Below, piece after piece: positions 28,566 to 38,523 of a DNA stretch of 64,000 bases. The notes under the pieces were generated by a model that was not told the origin of the DNA, did no database searches, and was given only the letters and a program-made list of their open reading frames with translations. The first letter of the stretch is position 1, and the number at the start of each line of letters is the position of its first letter. The stretch comes from an uncultured Dehalococcoidaceae bacterium (GTDB lineage Bacteria > Chloroflexota > Dehalococcoidia > Dehalococcoidales > RBG-16-60-22): NCBI GenBank assembly GCA_964558675.1, contig CAZLEY010000007.1:88-64087 (forward strand), read 5' to 3'. Made by a program: the position numbers and the translations under genes.

Positions 28566-30200
28566 ATGAGTCACATTGATACTGTCGCCGGGCAGGACTT
28601 GAGAGAAATGTTTTCGGCAGCTACTTCCTGGTTGGAGAAGAGTTCTGCTGATATTGATGCCCTGAACGTTTTCCCGGTGCCTGATGGTGATACGGGAACC
28701 AATATGCTGCTTACCATGCGCTCTACTATGGAGGAAGCCTACCGGGCACCCGACCACAGTGCTTCGGGCGTAGCTTACGCTATGGCCAGGGGCGCTCTGA
28801 TGGGAGCCCGCGGTAACAGCGGCGTCATCCTGTCGCAGGTGTGGCGTGGCCTGGCACAGGGTCTGGAAGGCAAGGAGTCCTTTACCGCCGCGGACCTGGC
28901 CAGCGCTTTACAGAAATCGGCCTCGATTGCCTATAAGGGAGTAAGCAATCCGGTAGAAGGTACCATGCTCACGGTTATGAAAGACGCTGCGGCGGAGGCT
29001 CAGGCGCAGGTTGCCGGTGACAATGATGATGTCATATCGGTCCTGGAAGCCACCGTTAATGCTGCCAGGGATTCTGTGGCTAATACACCCAGTCTGCTCA
29101 AGGTGTTAAGAGAGGCGGGAGTGGTTGATGCCGGCGGACAGGGTCTCTATACGATTTTTGAAGGTGCCCTGCGCTTCCTCAAGGGTGAGATGGAACTGAT
29201 GCGACTTCGCAAGCCTCAGATAATTGTCAGTGAACTGCCGCATACGACTCCGCTGACGCAGGCGGCCGGTATTGACGAGGTTCCTTACGGCTATTGCACT
29301 GAGTTTATGTTAAAAGGAGAGAAATTCGAGCCGGATAACATTAAAAAGAGGCTGGCGAGGAAGGGCGAGTCCCTGATTGTCGTCGGTGATGACACGGCGG
29401 TGCGGGTTCATATTCATACTCTGGACCCGGGTAATATCATCCACTGGGCTACCGGTCTGGGTACCGTGCATCAGGTAAGCATCCGGAACATGGATGAGCA
29501 GCACCGGGATTTTATGGAGATGCAAAAAGAGAGGATGCCTACGGCTGATACGGCTGTTGTCGCTGTGGTTTCGGGTGATGGTCTTAATGATGTCTTTGTC
29601 AGCCTGGGGGCAGCTGCGGTTGTGCACGGGGGACAGACAATGAACCCCAGCACCAAAGATATACTGCAGGCAGTAGAATCTACATTTTCGGATAAAGTCA
29701 TTATCCTTCCCAATAACAAGAATATCGTGCTTGCGGCTAATCAGGTGCAGTCTTTAACCCAGAAAACTGTGATGGTAGTGCCGTCTACGACGATACCGCA
29801 GGGGGTGGTGGCGCTTCTAGCTTTTGATTACGAGGCTGACTTTCAAACAAATGCCAAAATCATGGAAAAGGCTCTATCGTCGGTAAGGTCTATTGAAATT
29901 ACCAGGTCTGTGCGCTCGACGAAAGTAAACGGCTTGAAAATTAAGCGAAAACAGCCCATAGGCTTACTGGATGGTGACCTGGTAGCGGTGGGGGATAGCG
30001 ACTTCGATGTTATTAATAAGCTTTTATCTAGGCTGAATTTAAAAGAGGCTGAGGTGGTTACTATTTACTACGGAGAGGATGTAGAGGAGTCCGAGCCCGA
30101 GCAGATTGGTGCCGGTATAAGGGAGCAGCACCCACAGATGCAAATCGAGGTAATCCGGGGCGGCCAGCCGCACTATAGCTACATTATTTCCATCGAGTAG
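28566..30200 (+). CDS. fakA: DAK2-domain protein, FakA/YloV family (fatty-acid kinase catalytic subunit)
   Basis: 544 aa. DGDTGTNM DhaL/DAK2 motif at the N-terminus. It is followed directly by DegV genes. Confidence 0.8.
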   Translation: MSHIDTVAGQDLREMFSAATSWLEKSSADIDALNVFPVPDGDTGTNMLLTMRSTMEEAYRAPDHSASGVAYAMARGALMGARGNSGVILSQVWRGLAQGLEGKESFTAADLASALQKSASIAYKGVSNPVEGTMLTVMKDAAAEAQAQVAGDNDDVISVLEATVNAARDSVANTPSLLKVLREAGVVDAGGQGLYTIFEGALRFLKGEMELMRLRKPQIIVSELPHTTPLTQAAGIDEVPYGYCTEFMLKGEKFEPDNIKKRLARKGESLIVVGDDTAVRVHIHTLDPGNIIHWATGLGTVHQVSIRNMDEQHRDFMEMQKERMPTADTAVVAVVSGDGLNDVFVSLGAAAVVHGGQTMNPSTKDILQAVESTFSDKVIILPNNKNIVLAANQVQSLTQKTVMVVPSTTIPQGVVALLAFDYEADFQTNAKIMEKALSSVRSIEITRSVRSTKVNGLKIKRKQPIGLLDGDLVAVGDSDFDVINKLLSRLNLKEAEVVTIYYGEDVEESEPEQIGAGIREQHPQMQIEVIRGGQPHYSYIISIE

Positions 30201-30217
30201 AAAGGTGGTAGTCGGTA

Positions 30218-31063
30218 ATGACTGTAAAAATAGTTACGGATACTCTGTCTGATATTACCAGCGACCTGGCCGGGGAACTGGGAGTTACCGTGGTGCCTCT
30301 CTATGTGCGGTTTGGCGAGGAGGTCTATCGTGACCGGGTGGAAATAAGCACCGAAGAGTTTTATCGTCGGCTGGTAAGTGCTGACACTTTGCCTTCGACG
30401 ACACAGCCGACACCTAATGATTTTGTCGATGTATACAATAACCTGGCCAAGGGGACTGATGAAATCCTGGTTATCGTGGTATCCAGCAAACTCAGCGGGA
30501 CTTATCAGTCGGCAATGCAGGCGAAGGACACGGTTGCTGGAAAATGCCGCATCGAAATCGTCGACTCGTTATCGGTGGCGATGGGCCAGGGCTTGATTGT
30601 TATTGCCGCCGCCAATGCAGTTAAGGACGGGGCGAATCTGGATAAGGTGACTGACCTGGCGCGCCGGGCTGTATCCCGGATACATCTTATCGCTTATTTC
30701 GATACGCTTAAGTACCTGGCCAAGGGGGGGCGTATTGGCAAGGCTAGTAACCTGCTGGGCTCAATGCTATCGGTTAAACCGATGCTTACGATAAGAGATG
30801 GTGAGATGGCTCCTTTAACGAGGGTACGTTCTTTTAATGCCTGTATTGATTACATATATAATTTCGTGTCTGGCTTTTCCAATATCGAATTGATGGCAGT
30901 CGAGCACGGCACGACACCTGATGACGCCGATAGACTGGTTGAGCGTCTCGGTTCAATCTATCCTAAAGAACGCATTTATCGGTCGGTAATCAGCCCTGTA
31001 GTAGGGACACATGCCGGCCCCAATGTCTCCGCAGTGACTATTCTGGAAGCAGAAAAGGGATAA
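30218..31063 (+). CDS. DegV family fatty-acid-binding protein (FakB-like), paralogue 1
   Basis: MTVKIVTDTLSD...TTQPTP...SSKLSGTY...LAKGGRIGKA. Confidence 0.9.
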   Translation: MTVKIVTDTLSDITSDLAGELGVTVVPLYVRFGEEVYRDRVEISTEEFYRRLVSADTLPSTTQPTPNDFVDVYNNLAKGTDEILVIVVSSKLSGTYQSAMQAKDTVAGKCRIEIVDSLSVAMGQGLIVIAAANAVKDGANLDKVTDLARRAVSRIHLIAYFDTLKYLAKGGRIGKASNLLGSMLSVKPMLTIRDGEMAPLTRVRSFNACIDYIYNFVSGFSNIELMAVEHGTTPDDADRLVERLGSIYPKERIYRSVISPVVGTHAGPNVSAVTILEAEKG

Positions 31064-31902
31064 TGACGGTAAGGGTTGTTACTGATAGTGTCTCCGATAT
31101 ATCACCGGCGATTGCCGATGAGCTGGGGATTACTGTAGTCCCCCTGAATGTTGTCTTCGGCTCTGAAATCTACCGTGATGGTATTGACCTTACCACAGAC
31201 GAGTTTTACGAGAAACTGGAGCGCAGCCAGCACCTGCCGACCACTTCAACCCCACCGCTCCAGACTTTTATACAGGCATATGAGAAGCTGGCTGAAGAGA
31301 CGGACGAGATATTGGTCATCACTATTTCGCGCAAGCTCAGTGCTACCGGAGAATCGGCATTAAAAGCAGTGGAGTCAATGGATAGGAAATGCCGGGTTTC
31401 GGTATTGGACTCGCAATTTGCGATTATGGCCGAAGGGCTGCTGGTAATTACAGCCGCTAAGGCAGCCCGGGAGGGAGCCAGCCTTGATGAGTTAATAAAA
31501 ATGGCCGAGCGTAATATACCACGGATACAAACGCGCATGGCTTTTGATACCCTGGAGTACCTTAAAAGGGGCGGACGCATCGGCAAAGCGAAGGCCCTGA
31601 TGGGTTCGATGCTGAAGATAAATCCCATCCTTGGTATCAGGGACGGCGAGGTGTTTCCTTTTGGCCAGGAGCGCTCCCGGACCAAGGCGATTGACCGTCT
31701 GTATGAATTCGTGATGAACTACTCGCAGATTGATGAACTGGCCGTGGAAGATGCTACCACACCTGGTGAAGCTGATGCGCTGGTGGAGCGGCTTGCAGAC
31801 AAATTCCCCAGGGAGCGTATATACCGGTCAAAGTTCAGTCCCGTAATAGGGACCAATGTAGGCCCAAGCGTTATCGGGGTGGCGGTGCTGGGTGATAGAT
31901 AA
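31063..31902 (+). CDS. DegV family fatty-acid-binding protein (FakB-like), paralogue 2
   Basis: Colinear with paralogue 1. The start overlaps the previous stop (ATAATG). Confidence 0.9.
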   Translation: MTVRVVTDSVSDISPAIADELGITVVPLNVVFGSEIYRDGIDLTTDEFYEKLERSQHLPTTSTPPLQTFIQAYEKLAEETDEILVITISRKLSATGESALKAVESMDRKCRVSVLDSQFAIMAEGLLVITAAKAAREGASLDELIKMAERNIPRIQTRMAFDTLEYLKRGGRIGKAKALMGSMLKINPILGIRDGEVFPFGQERSRTKAIDRLYEFVMNYSQIDELAVEDATTPGEADALVERLADKFPRERIYRSKFSPVIGTNVGPSVIGVAVLGDR

Positions 31903-31937
31903 ACCGGTATTAAACACTGGGCCGGACTGATTTTTTT

Positions 31938-32777
31938 ATGCCAGTTAAGATTGTAACCGATAGTGTATCTGACATTCCTCCTCATGTAGTCCATGAGCTC
32001 GGGATAACCGTCATTCCAGTTCTGGTTCGTTTTGGAGAAGACGTATACCGCGATGGCATTGATATAACCAACGACCAGTTCTATGACCGCCTGGTGGACG
32101 GCGGGGTTATGCCGGTTACCGCGGTGCCATCGCTGGACTTATTTGCCAGAACATACGCCAGTCTTGCCGAAGAGACTGATGAAATTCTGGCCATCATGCT
32201 CAGTTCCAAGCTCAGCGGACTCTACAATGCCGCAGTGCAGAGTGCCGACCTGATGGAGAACAAGTGCCACGTGGAGGTGGTGGACTCGGGGTGGGCGGTC
32301 ATGGCGCAGGGATTCATTGTCATTAAAGCCGCCCGGGCGGCTCAGGCCGGGGCGAGTATGGATGAAATTCTGGAAATAGTCCGTCAGAATCTAAATCGCA
32401 TTGACATACGTGCTGCTTTCGATACACTGGAGTATCTCAAGAGGGGCGGGCGTATCGGCAGAGCGCAGGCTTTATTGGGGTCGATGTTGAAAGTGAATCC
32501 CCTCATCACTCTGAGAGACGGGTTGGTTGAACCAGCCGGGAGGGCCCGCTCGCGGGCGAAGGCGATGGACCTTCTCTATGAATTTGCGGCGGGTTATTCT
32601 CATATTGAGGAGATGTCCGTAGAGGCAGCCGCCTGCCCGGATGATGCTGATTCACTCGTGGAACGTCTCGGTGCCATATTCCCCAAAGAGCGTATCTATC
32701 GCTCGCGGACAACCCCGGTCATCGGCACGCACACCGGCCCCGGTCTCCTGCTGGTGGCTGTGCTGGGGGATAAATAA
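31938..32777 (+). CDS. DegV family fatty-acid-binding protein (FakB-like), paralogue 3
   Basis: Colinear with paralogues 1 and 2 (279 aa). Confidence 0.9.
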   Translation: MPVKIVTDSVSDIPPHVVHELGITVIPVLVRFGEDVYRDGIDITNDQFYDRLVDGGVMPVTAVPSLDLFARTYASLAEETDEILAIMLSSKLSGLYNAAVQSADLMENKCHVEVVDSGWAVMAQGFIVIKAARAAQAGASMDEILEIVRQNLNRIDIRAAFDTLEYLKRGGRIGRAQALLGSMLKVNPLITLRDGLVEPAGRARSRAKAMDLLYEFAAGYSHIEEMSVEAAACPDDADSLVERLGAIFPKERIYRSRTTPVIGTHTGPGLLLVAVLGDK

Positions 32778-32805
32778 AGGCATTCAGGCTCAACTTTCAT
32801 TTGCC

Positions 32806-32990
32806 TCCCCGCCGCCCCGTCTTTATGATTTCTTCCCCACCTACCCAACCTCTTGGCATCGGCAGTTTATCCCGTAGATATCCACCAACCCCAAGCGGGG
32901 CGTTTAAGAGGGGCGTCAGCCCCTCTTTTTTATAGTCCCCCTCTCCTGTGACACCCAGTCAGGAGAGGGGGACACAGGGGATGAGGTAGA
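32806..32990. repeat. Mosaic intergenic repeat cluster R6 (modules E and D)
   Basis: AAGAGGGGCGTCAGCCCCTCTT (32906-32927), then CCCCCTCTCC...GGAGAGGGGGACACAGGGGATGAGGTAGA (32937-32990). This is the counterpart of 1824-1900. Confidence 0.8.
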
Positions 32991-33081
32991 AAAATAATCA
33001 CAACTTTATCCATTTATCCCGGAATTTAGCCGTGCTTTTCAAACGAATTATGGCTATAATGGTGGCGGGGAAATATTATAG

Positions 33082-35532
33082 ATGGATTCAGGTTCTTTAC
33101 GCAAAATCCTTGACCTGGAACAGAAGAGGGGTTATCAGGATTCCGCCGTATTCGGTGGCCTGGACAGGTTCCTGCAAAACTGGTCAGCTCAGGCTATGGA
33201 GTCGGTGGTCAGACCCCGTCTCCTGAAGCGTTTCCGTCAGCTTTTCAAGTCGGATTACGCATCCATGACACCGGAGCAGCGCCGTGATTGGATAGATAGT
33301 GTGTTTGGATTTCTGGATGATGTGGAAAGTAAAAACAGTGACGTCGTAACTCAAGAAGAAAGCCCCGCACCTCCTTCCCGTCGGAAATCCCCCTTAAAAA
33401 AACAAAAACCTCCGGCGGCGGTAAGCGGTGAGGGCCTCAATTCACCTGTCACTGTCATTAAGGGTATCAGCACCAGTCTGGCGGGTAAATTTGGGAAAAT
33501 GGGCGTAAAGACAGTTCGTGACCTGCTCTATTTTTTCCCTCACCGGCACCTTGACTACAGCCAGTTGAAATTCATCTCGCAGCTTGCCGAGGGAGAAGAA
33601 CAGACCGTGGTGGCTAATGTGTGGCAGGCACAGGAGACTAGGCTGGGAGGCCGTCGCAGCACCGAGGCTATCGTTGGCGATGAGACGGGTAATATCAGGG
33701 TGGTCTGGTACAACCAGCCTTATCTGGCTAAGAAGCTGGCGACCAATGCCAGAATAATGCTCAGCGGGAGGGTCAGCCTGTTCCGGGGCAGGCATGTATT
33801 TCAGTCGCCGGAGTGGGAGCCGGTAGAGAGCCAGGACTTTGTTCATACCGCACGGCTGGTACCTGTCTACTCGCTGACACAGGGGCTGCGGCCGCGGCAG
33901 GTCAGGAAGCTGATGAAGGACTTTATTGACCACTGGGCCTGGCAGGTAACTGACTTTCTACCGCCGGAGCTGCGAAAACGGCTTGACCTTCTGGAGCTGC
34001 CGCAGGCGATTAGCCAGGCGCACTACCCGGAAGATGAAACGACCAAGGATAAAGCCAGGATTCGGCTGGCTTTTGACGAGCTTTTCATTCTCCAGCTGGG
34101 GGTTATGAGCAAGAAACGCGACTGGCAGGAGAGTCGGCCGGGCACTCCCTTTGATGTTGATGTGCCCCTGCGGGAGACTTTTATAAAGTCGTTGCCTTTT
34201 TCATTAACGGCGTCTCAGGACAGGGTGCTCGAGGAGATACTGGCGGATATGGGGAAATCAAGGCCGATGTGCCGGTTATTGCAGGGGGAGGTGGGCAGCG
34301 GCAAGACGGTTGTCGCCACGGCTGCCCTGCTGACAGCGGCGGCCAGCGGGCATCAGGGGGCTTTTATGGCTCCCACCGAGATTCTGGCGGAACAGCATTT
34401 TGCGACGGTTTGTGAGCTGCTGTCCCGGGTGGGAAGTGAAGAGGGCGAGGGCTATCTGCGCAGTTATTCCGGCTTGTTATCACGTCCCCTGAAGGTGGCG
34501 CTGCTCATCGGCGATATCAAGCAGTCCGGCAAGCGGGAACTGCAGCAATCAATCTCGGCGGGGGATATTGACATCGTTATCGGCACTCATGCCCTCGTTC
34601 AGAAGGGGGTGGACTTTAGTAAACTGGGACTGGTGGTGGTGGATGAGCAGCACCGCTTCGGCGTTGAGCAGCGCTCGGCGCTGCGGGAGAAGGGTTTTAA
34701 CCCGCACATGCTCGTAATGACGGCAACGCCGATTCCCCGCACCCTGGCGCTGACACTCTATGGCGACCTTGACCTGTCTGTTATTGACGAGCTTCCGCCC
34801 GGGAGACAGACGGTGAAAACAAAGTGGCTCAAGCCGCAGCAGCGGGAAAGCGCTTATGCCTTCATCAGGCGTCAGGTAGCCGAAGGACGGCAGGCTTTTA
34901 TTATCTGTCCCCTTATTGAGGAATCGGAGGCTATCGCCGCTCAGGCGGCTGTAGTTGAATATGAGCGGCTTTCCCGGGAGGTCTTCCCCGATTTAAGGCT
35001 GGGACTGCTCCACGGGCGCCTGTCGGCAGGTGACAAGGACGATGTCATGGAGAGCTTCCGCTCCGGTGAGTTGAATATACTGGTTTCGACACCGGTTATA
35101 GAGGTCGGTATTGATATTCCCAATGCCGCGGTAATGCTGGTGGAAAGCGCCGACCGCTTTGGGCTCTCCCAGCTTCACCAGTTCCGGGGCCGCGTGGGGA
35201 GAGGGCAGGAGCAGAGCTACTGCATGCTGCTGGCGGAAAATCCCTCCGAGGTGGGCAGGGAGCGACTTGACATAATAGAGAACACGCAGGACGGTTTCAA
35301 GCTGGCGGAAGAAGACCTCAGGCTGAGAGGTCCAGGCGAGTTTTTCGGTACGCGCCAGAGCGGACTGCCGGACCTGCGCATGGCGAAACTCTCCGATGTT
35401 GCTTTGCTGGAGACGGCAAGAACCGAGGCTATGAATCTCTTTCAAAAAGACCCTGGCCTAAAGAAAAGGGAGCATCGCCTCATGGCACAGGAACTGGCAA
35501 GGGTCTGGCCAAGCGCCGGTGAGTGGAGCTAG
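33082..35532 (+). CDS. recG: ATP-dependent DNA helicase RecG
   Basis: 816 aa. GEVGSGKT, DEQHRFG, TATPIPRT and QLHQFRGRVGRG. Confidence 0.95.
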   Translation: MDSGSLRKILDLEQKRGYQDSAVFGGLDRFLQNWSAQAMESVVRPRLLKRFRQLFKSDYASMTPEQRRDWIDSVFGFLDDVESKNSDVVTQEESPAPPSRRKSPLKKQKPPAAVSGEGLNSPVTVIKGISTSLAGKFGKMGVKTVRDLLYFFPHRHLDYSQLKFISQLAEGEEQTVVANVWQAQETRLGGRRSTEAIVGDETGNIRVVWYNQPYLAKKLATNARIMLSGRVSLFRGRHVFQSPEWEPVESQDFVHTARLVPVYSLTQGLRPRQVRKLMKDFIDHWAWQVTDFLPPELRKRLDLLELPQAISQAHYPEDETTKDKARIRLAFDELFILQLGVMSKKRDWQESRPGTPFDVDVPLRETFIKSLPFSLTASQDRVLEEILADMGKSRPMCRLLQGEVGSGKTVVATAALLTAAASGHQGAFMAPTEILAEQHFATVCELLSRVGSEEGEGYLRSYSGLLSRPLKVALLIGDIKQSGKRELQQSISAGDIDIVIGTHALVQKGVDFSKLGLVVVDEQHRFGVEQRSALREKGFNPHMLVMTATPIPRTLALTLYGDLDLSVIDELPPGRQTVKTKWLKPQQRESAYAFIRRQVAEGRQAFIICPLIEESEAIAAQAAVVEYERLSREVFPDLRLGLLHGRLSAGDKDDVMESFRSGELNILVSTPVIEVGIDIPNAAVMLVESADRFGLSQLHQFRGRVGRGQEQSYCMLLAENPSEVGRERLDIIENTQDGFKLAEEDLRLRGPGEFFGTRQSGLPDLRMAKLSDVALLETARTEAMNLFQKDPGLKKREHRLMAQELARVWPSAGEWS

Positions 35533-35687
35533 GTGATAGCTATTGTTGTTTTATACCTAATTAATACCAAAATAATACCGAATAAAAACCTGTTTAACAT
35601 ATGATTTTAATGCCTTGGTCACTAAAATTGTGATATACTCTTGAGAAATCGGTAGCGGATATATCGAATAGGAAATACGGGGGTGTA

Positions 35688-36605
35688 TTGGGTTCATCAT
35701 ACGCTAAAGTAATCGTTAATCCGGTGGCTGGTGCCGGTAGGACGGCGCGGGAATGGCCGCAGATAATGGACCTGTTTAAGGGTAGCGGATTGCGTTTTGA
35801 GCATGATTTGACGGAGGCGCCCGGCCATGCGGTGGAGCTGGCTAAAGCGGCTGCTGAGAATGGCTACGATTTGGTGGTATCAGTTGGTGGTGATGGCACC
35901 ATAAACGAGGTCGTCAACGGACTGTATGAGTCCGGCAATATCAAAGACACCAGGCTGGGCATTATAAGCACGGGAACCGGCGGCGATTATGTTCGTACCG
36001 TAGGCGTGCCTCGCCGCTATGAGGAAGCCTGCCGGTGTTTTATAGAGCCGAAGACACTTACCGTAGACCTTGGTATCGTTGAATATGCGAATAACGGCGA
36101 CACGATGAAAAGACTTTTTGTTAACTTCGCCGGCCTGGGCTTCGATGCCGAGATAGTCCAGCGCACCACGCAGCAGTTCAAAGCCCTGGGAGGCCTGCTT
36201 TCTTACCTTACGGCAGCGCTCGCCACGCTTGTATTCTATAGGAACAGGAAAATTACGCTCGTTATTGATGGAGAGGAAGTGGAGAAGGATGTCTGCGCGG
36301 TAATTATGAACAATGGCAGGTATGGCGGTGGGGGTATGTTTACCGCACCTGATGCCGACCTTGCCGATGGATTGCTTGATGTGTTAATCATTGGCGATAT
36401 TAGTAAGGCCGACCTTCTATGGTCGTTGCCGCGCATATATAAGGGCACCCATCTAACTCATCCCAAAGTCACCATGAAAAGAGCGAAAGAGATAGAGATA
36501 CGGTCACGCGACGAGACGATGCTTTTACAGGCGGACGGCGATCTCCTGGGCGAATTGCCGGCGCGCTTCCGCGTCCTGCCGTCGTCATTGAATATTGTCG
36601 TCTGA
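35688..36605 (+). CDS. Diacylglycerol/lipid kinase family protein (YegS/DagK-like)
   Basis: TTG start. VSVGGDGTINEV catalytic-domain motif. Confidence 0.8.
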   Translation: MGSSYAKVIVNPVAGAGRTAREWPQIMDLFKGSGLRFEHDLTEAPGHAVELAKAAAENGYDLVVSVGGDGTINEVVNGLYESGNIKDTRLGIISTGTGGDYVRTVGVPRRYEEACRCFIEPKTLTVDLGIVEYANNGDTMKRLFVNFAGLGFDAEIVQRTTQQFKALGGLLSYLTAALATLVFYRNRKITLVIDGEEVEKDVCAVIMNNGRYGGGGMFTAPDADLADGLLDVLIIGDISKADLLWSLPRIYKGTHLTHPKVTMKRAKEIEIRSRDETMLLQADGDLLGELPARFRVLPSSLNIVV

Positions 36606-36687
36606 AGACTGGCGGCACCGGGTACAGATAAATTGAATTAAGGGATTATTTGGTATAAACTGTCTTTTACCGGCTAGCAGGAGTTAA

Positions 36688-36975
36688 ATGAAATATCTTC
36701 TCGGTATACTGGTTATATTCGTTGTCCTGGATGGACTGCTGACGCGGTTTCTCGTTGATGGTGGCCTGGCACGGGAAGGTAATCCACTGCTACAGTCGTT
36801 TGTCGGTGAGAATGGTTTCATTGTGCTCAAGGTGGTGGGCGCGCTGTTATGTGCCCTTATTCTCTGGGATATATATAGACGTTTCCCCAAATTAGCCGTA
36901 ATTTCTACATCCTGCTTTGTTGTCTTCTATGGCGGGATTTTGATCTGGAACTCTAGCCTGTTCCTTCTAACTTGA
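36688..36975 (+). CDS. Small membrane protein (DUF5658-like)
   Basis: 95 aa, 3 TM segments. The LDGxLT...EGNPL motif is recognised from memory. Confidence 0.45.
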   Translation: MKYLLGILVIFVVLDGLLTRFLVDGGLAREGNPLLQSFVGENGFIVLKVVGALLCALILWDIYRRFPKLAVISTSCFVVFYGGILIWNSSLFLLT

Positions 36976-38494
36976 GTTCAGGCACCTCCTGGCTTTCGGG
37001 GCGTGTCCAGTTGGGGATTACTTCCGGTAAGGTGTCCGTAAAAATAATCTCTCTGGGCAGCTTGTAGTCGGCAGTGCGGCCCTGACAATATTGCCTTATT
37101 TCCTGTTCTGTGGCTGTTTCACCCGGATTCAATCTAATCAGGGCTTTAACCGTCTCACCCCGAATAATGTCCGGCACCCCGACAATTCTGGCTTCAGCTA
37201 TCTTGGGGTGAGTATTCAGGATGTCTTCAATATCACCGGGAAAGATATTCTGGCCTTTCAGGATGAGCATTTTTCTCTTCCTACCGGTGATAAACAGGTA
37301 GCCGTCTTCGTCAACCCATCCGACATCGCCGGTATGAAGACAGCCGCCTCTCATAATCTCGGCGGTTGCCCCGGGCTTATTATAAAAGCTGGTCATTACC
37401 GGTCCCCGGACGACTATTTCTCCCTCATGGCCGGGGGGCAGCTCATTGTCGTTATTATCAAGTATTTTCATTTCCCAGCAGGGCATTGGCTTACCTGAGG
37501 AGCCGACCTTGCCCGTGCCGTTTATAGGCATAACGGTGACTTGAGAGACTGACTCGGTTTGCCCCCAGATGTCAATTAGATTGGCATTAAAATACTGTTT
37601 GAATAGTTTTATGATCTCGACTGGTAGAGGGGCACCGCCGCTGACCCAGAGACGGAGCGAACTCAAATCATGCTTTATCCCCTCATGCCTGGCAACGTTT
37701 ATGGCCAGTGCGAAGATATAAGGAACGCCCATGTATATCGTACCCCTCTCCCTTTCAACGGCTTCCATGAAGTTATGGATGGAACGTCCCGTTCCGGGTA
37801 TAACCACCACGGTACTACCCTGAGCAATCGAAGCCAGCAGTACGGCGGTCAGGCCGAACATGTGATACATGGGCAGGGCGAATTGCAGCAGCACGTCTTT
37901 GTCGGTCTGCTCGAATACCTCTGCCGATGTAAGCGCCTCGGTGCAGATACTCCGGTGAGACAGGGCTACCCCGTGGGGATTCTGGGTCGGCCCCCCGGTA
38001 TAAGAGATAACAGCTATATCGTCGGGGGATATCTCGATATCAGTGACTGTCGCCGGGCTGTCAGCCATGATTTGCTGGTAGCTGGCAAATTCGCCTGTGT
38101 GTTCGGTATCAAAGGTTATCACGTGCTTTACGGAGTCAAACCGGGGCAGGGCTGGAACCAGCGATTCCAGGGGCGGGCTTTCGGCTATCAGTACCTTCGG
38201 CTTACAGTCGCTGAATAGGCTGGCCAGTTCATCGGGTGTGTATCTGGCGTCAAGGGGAACGACGATACCGCCGGCTTTGATAATACCGAAGAAGACGGTG
38301 ACGAACTCCGGGTTGCTGGCCTGTATGGTCGCCACGCGGTCGCCTTTTTTAACTCCCATTTCTATCAGGGCATTGGCTACCTTATTGGAAACCTCTTCCA
38401 GTTCGGCGAAGGAGACGCGCCGGTCACCCATAACGATAGCCGTTTTCCCGGCAAAACGTTCAACAGCGCTTTTCAGTATTAGCTTCAGGTTCAT
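36953..38494 (-). CDS. AMP-dependent acyl-CoA synthetase/ligase
   Basis: 513 aa. AMP-binding YTGGPTQNPHGV, and GDVGWVDEDGYLFITGRKRKMLILKG. Confidence 0.85.
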   Translation of the reverse strand: MNLKLILKSAVERFAGKTAIVMGDRRVSFAELEEVSNKVANALIEMGVKKGDRVATIQASNPEFVTVFFGIIKAGGIVVPLDARYTPDELASLFSDCKPKVLIAESPPLESLVPALPRFDSVKHVITFDTEHTGEFASYQQIMADSPATVTDIEISPDDIAVISYTGGPTQNPHGVALSHRSICTEALTSAEVFEQTDKDVLLQFALPMYHMFGLTAVLLASIAQGSTVVVIPGTGRSIHNFMEAVERERGTIYMGVPYIFALAINVARHEGIKHDLSSLRLWVSGGAPLPVEIIKLFKQYFNANLIDIWGQTESVSQVTVMPINGTGKVGSSGKPMPCWEMKILDNNDNELPPGHEGEIVVRGPVMTSFYNKPGATAEIMRGGCLHTGDVGWVDEDGYLFITGRKRKMLILKGQNIFPGDIEDILNTHPKIAEARIVGVPDIIRGETVKALIRLNPGETATEQEIRQYCQGRTADYKLPREIIFTDTLPEVIPNWTRPESQEVPELKLEGTG

Positions 38495-38523
38495 CTACTC
38501 TCCTCATCTCAACTTTCTATTGA

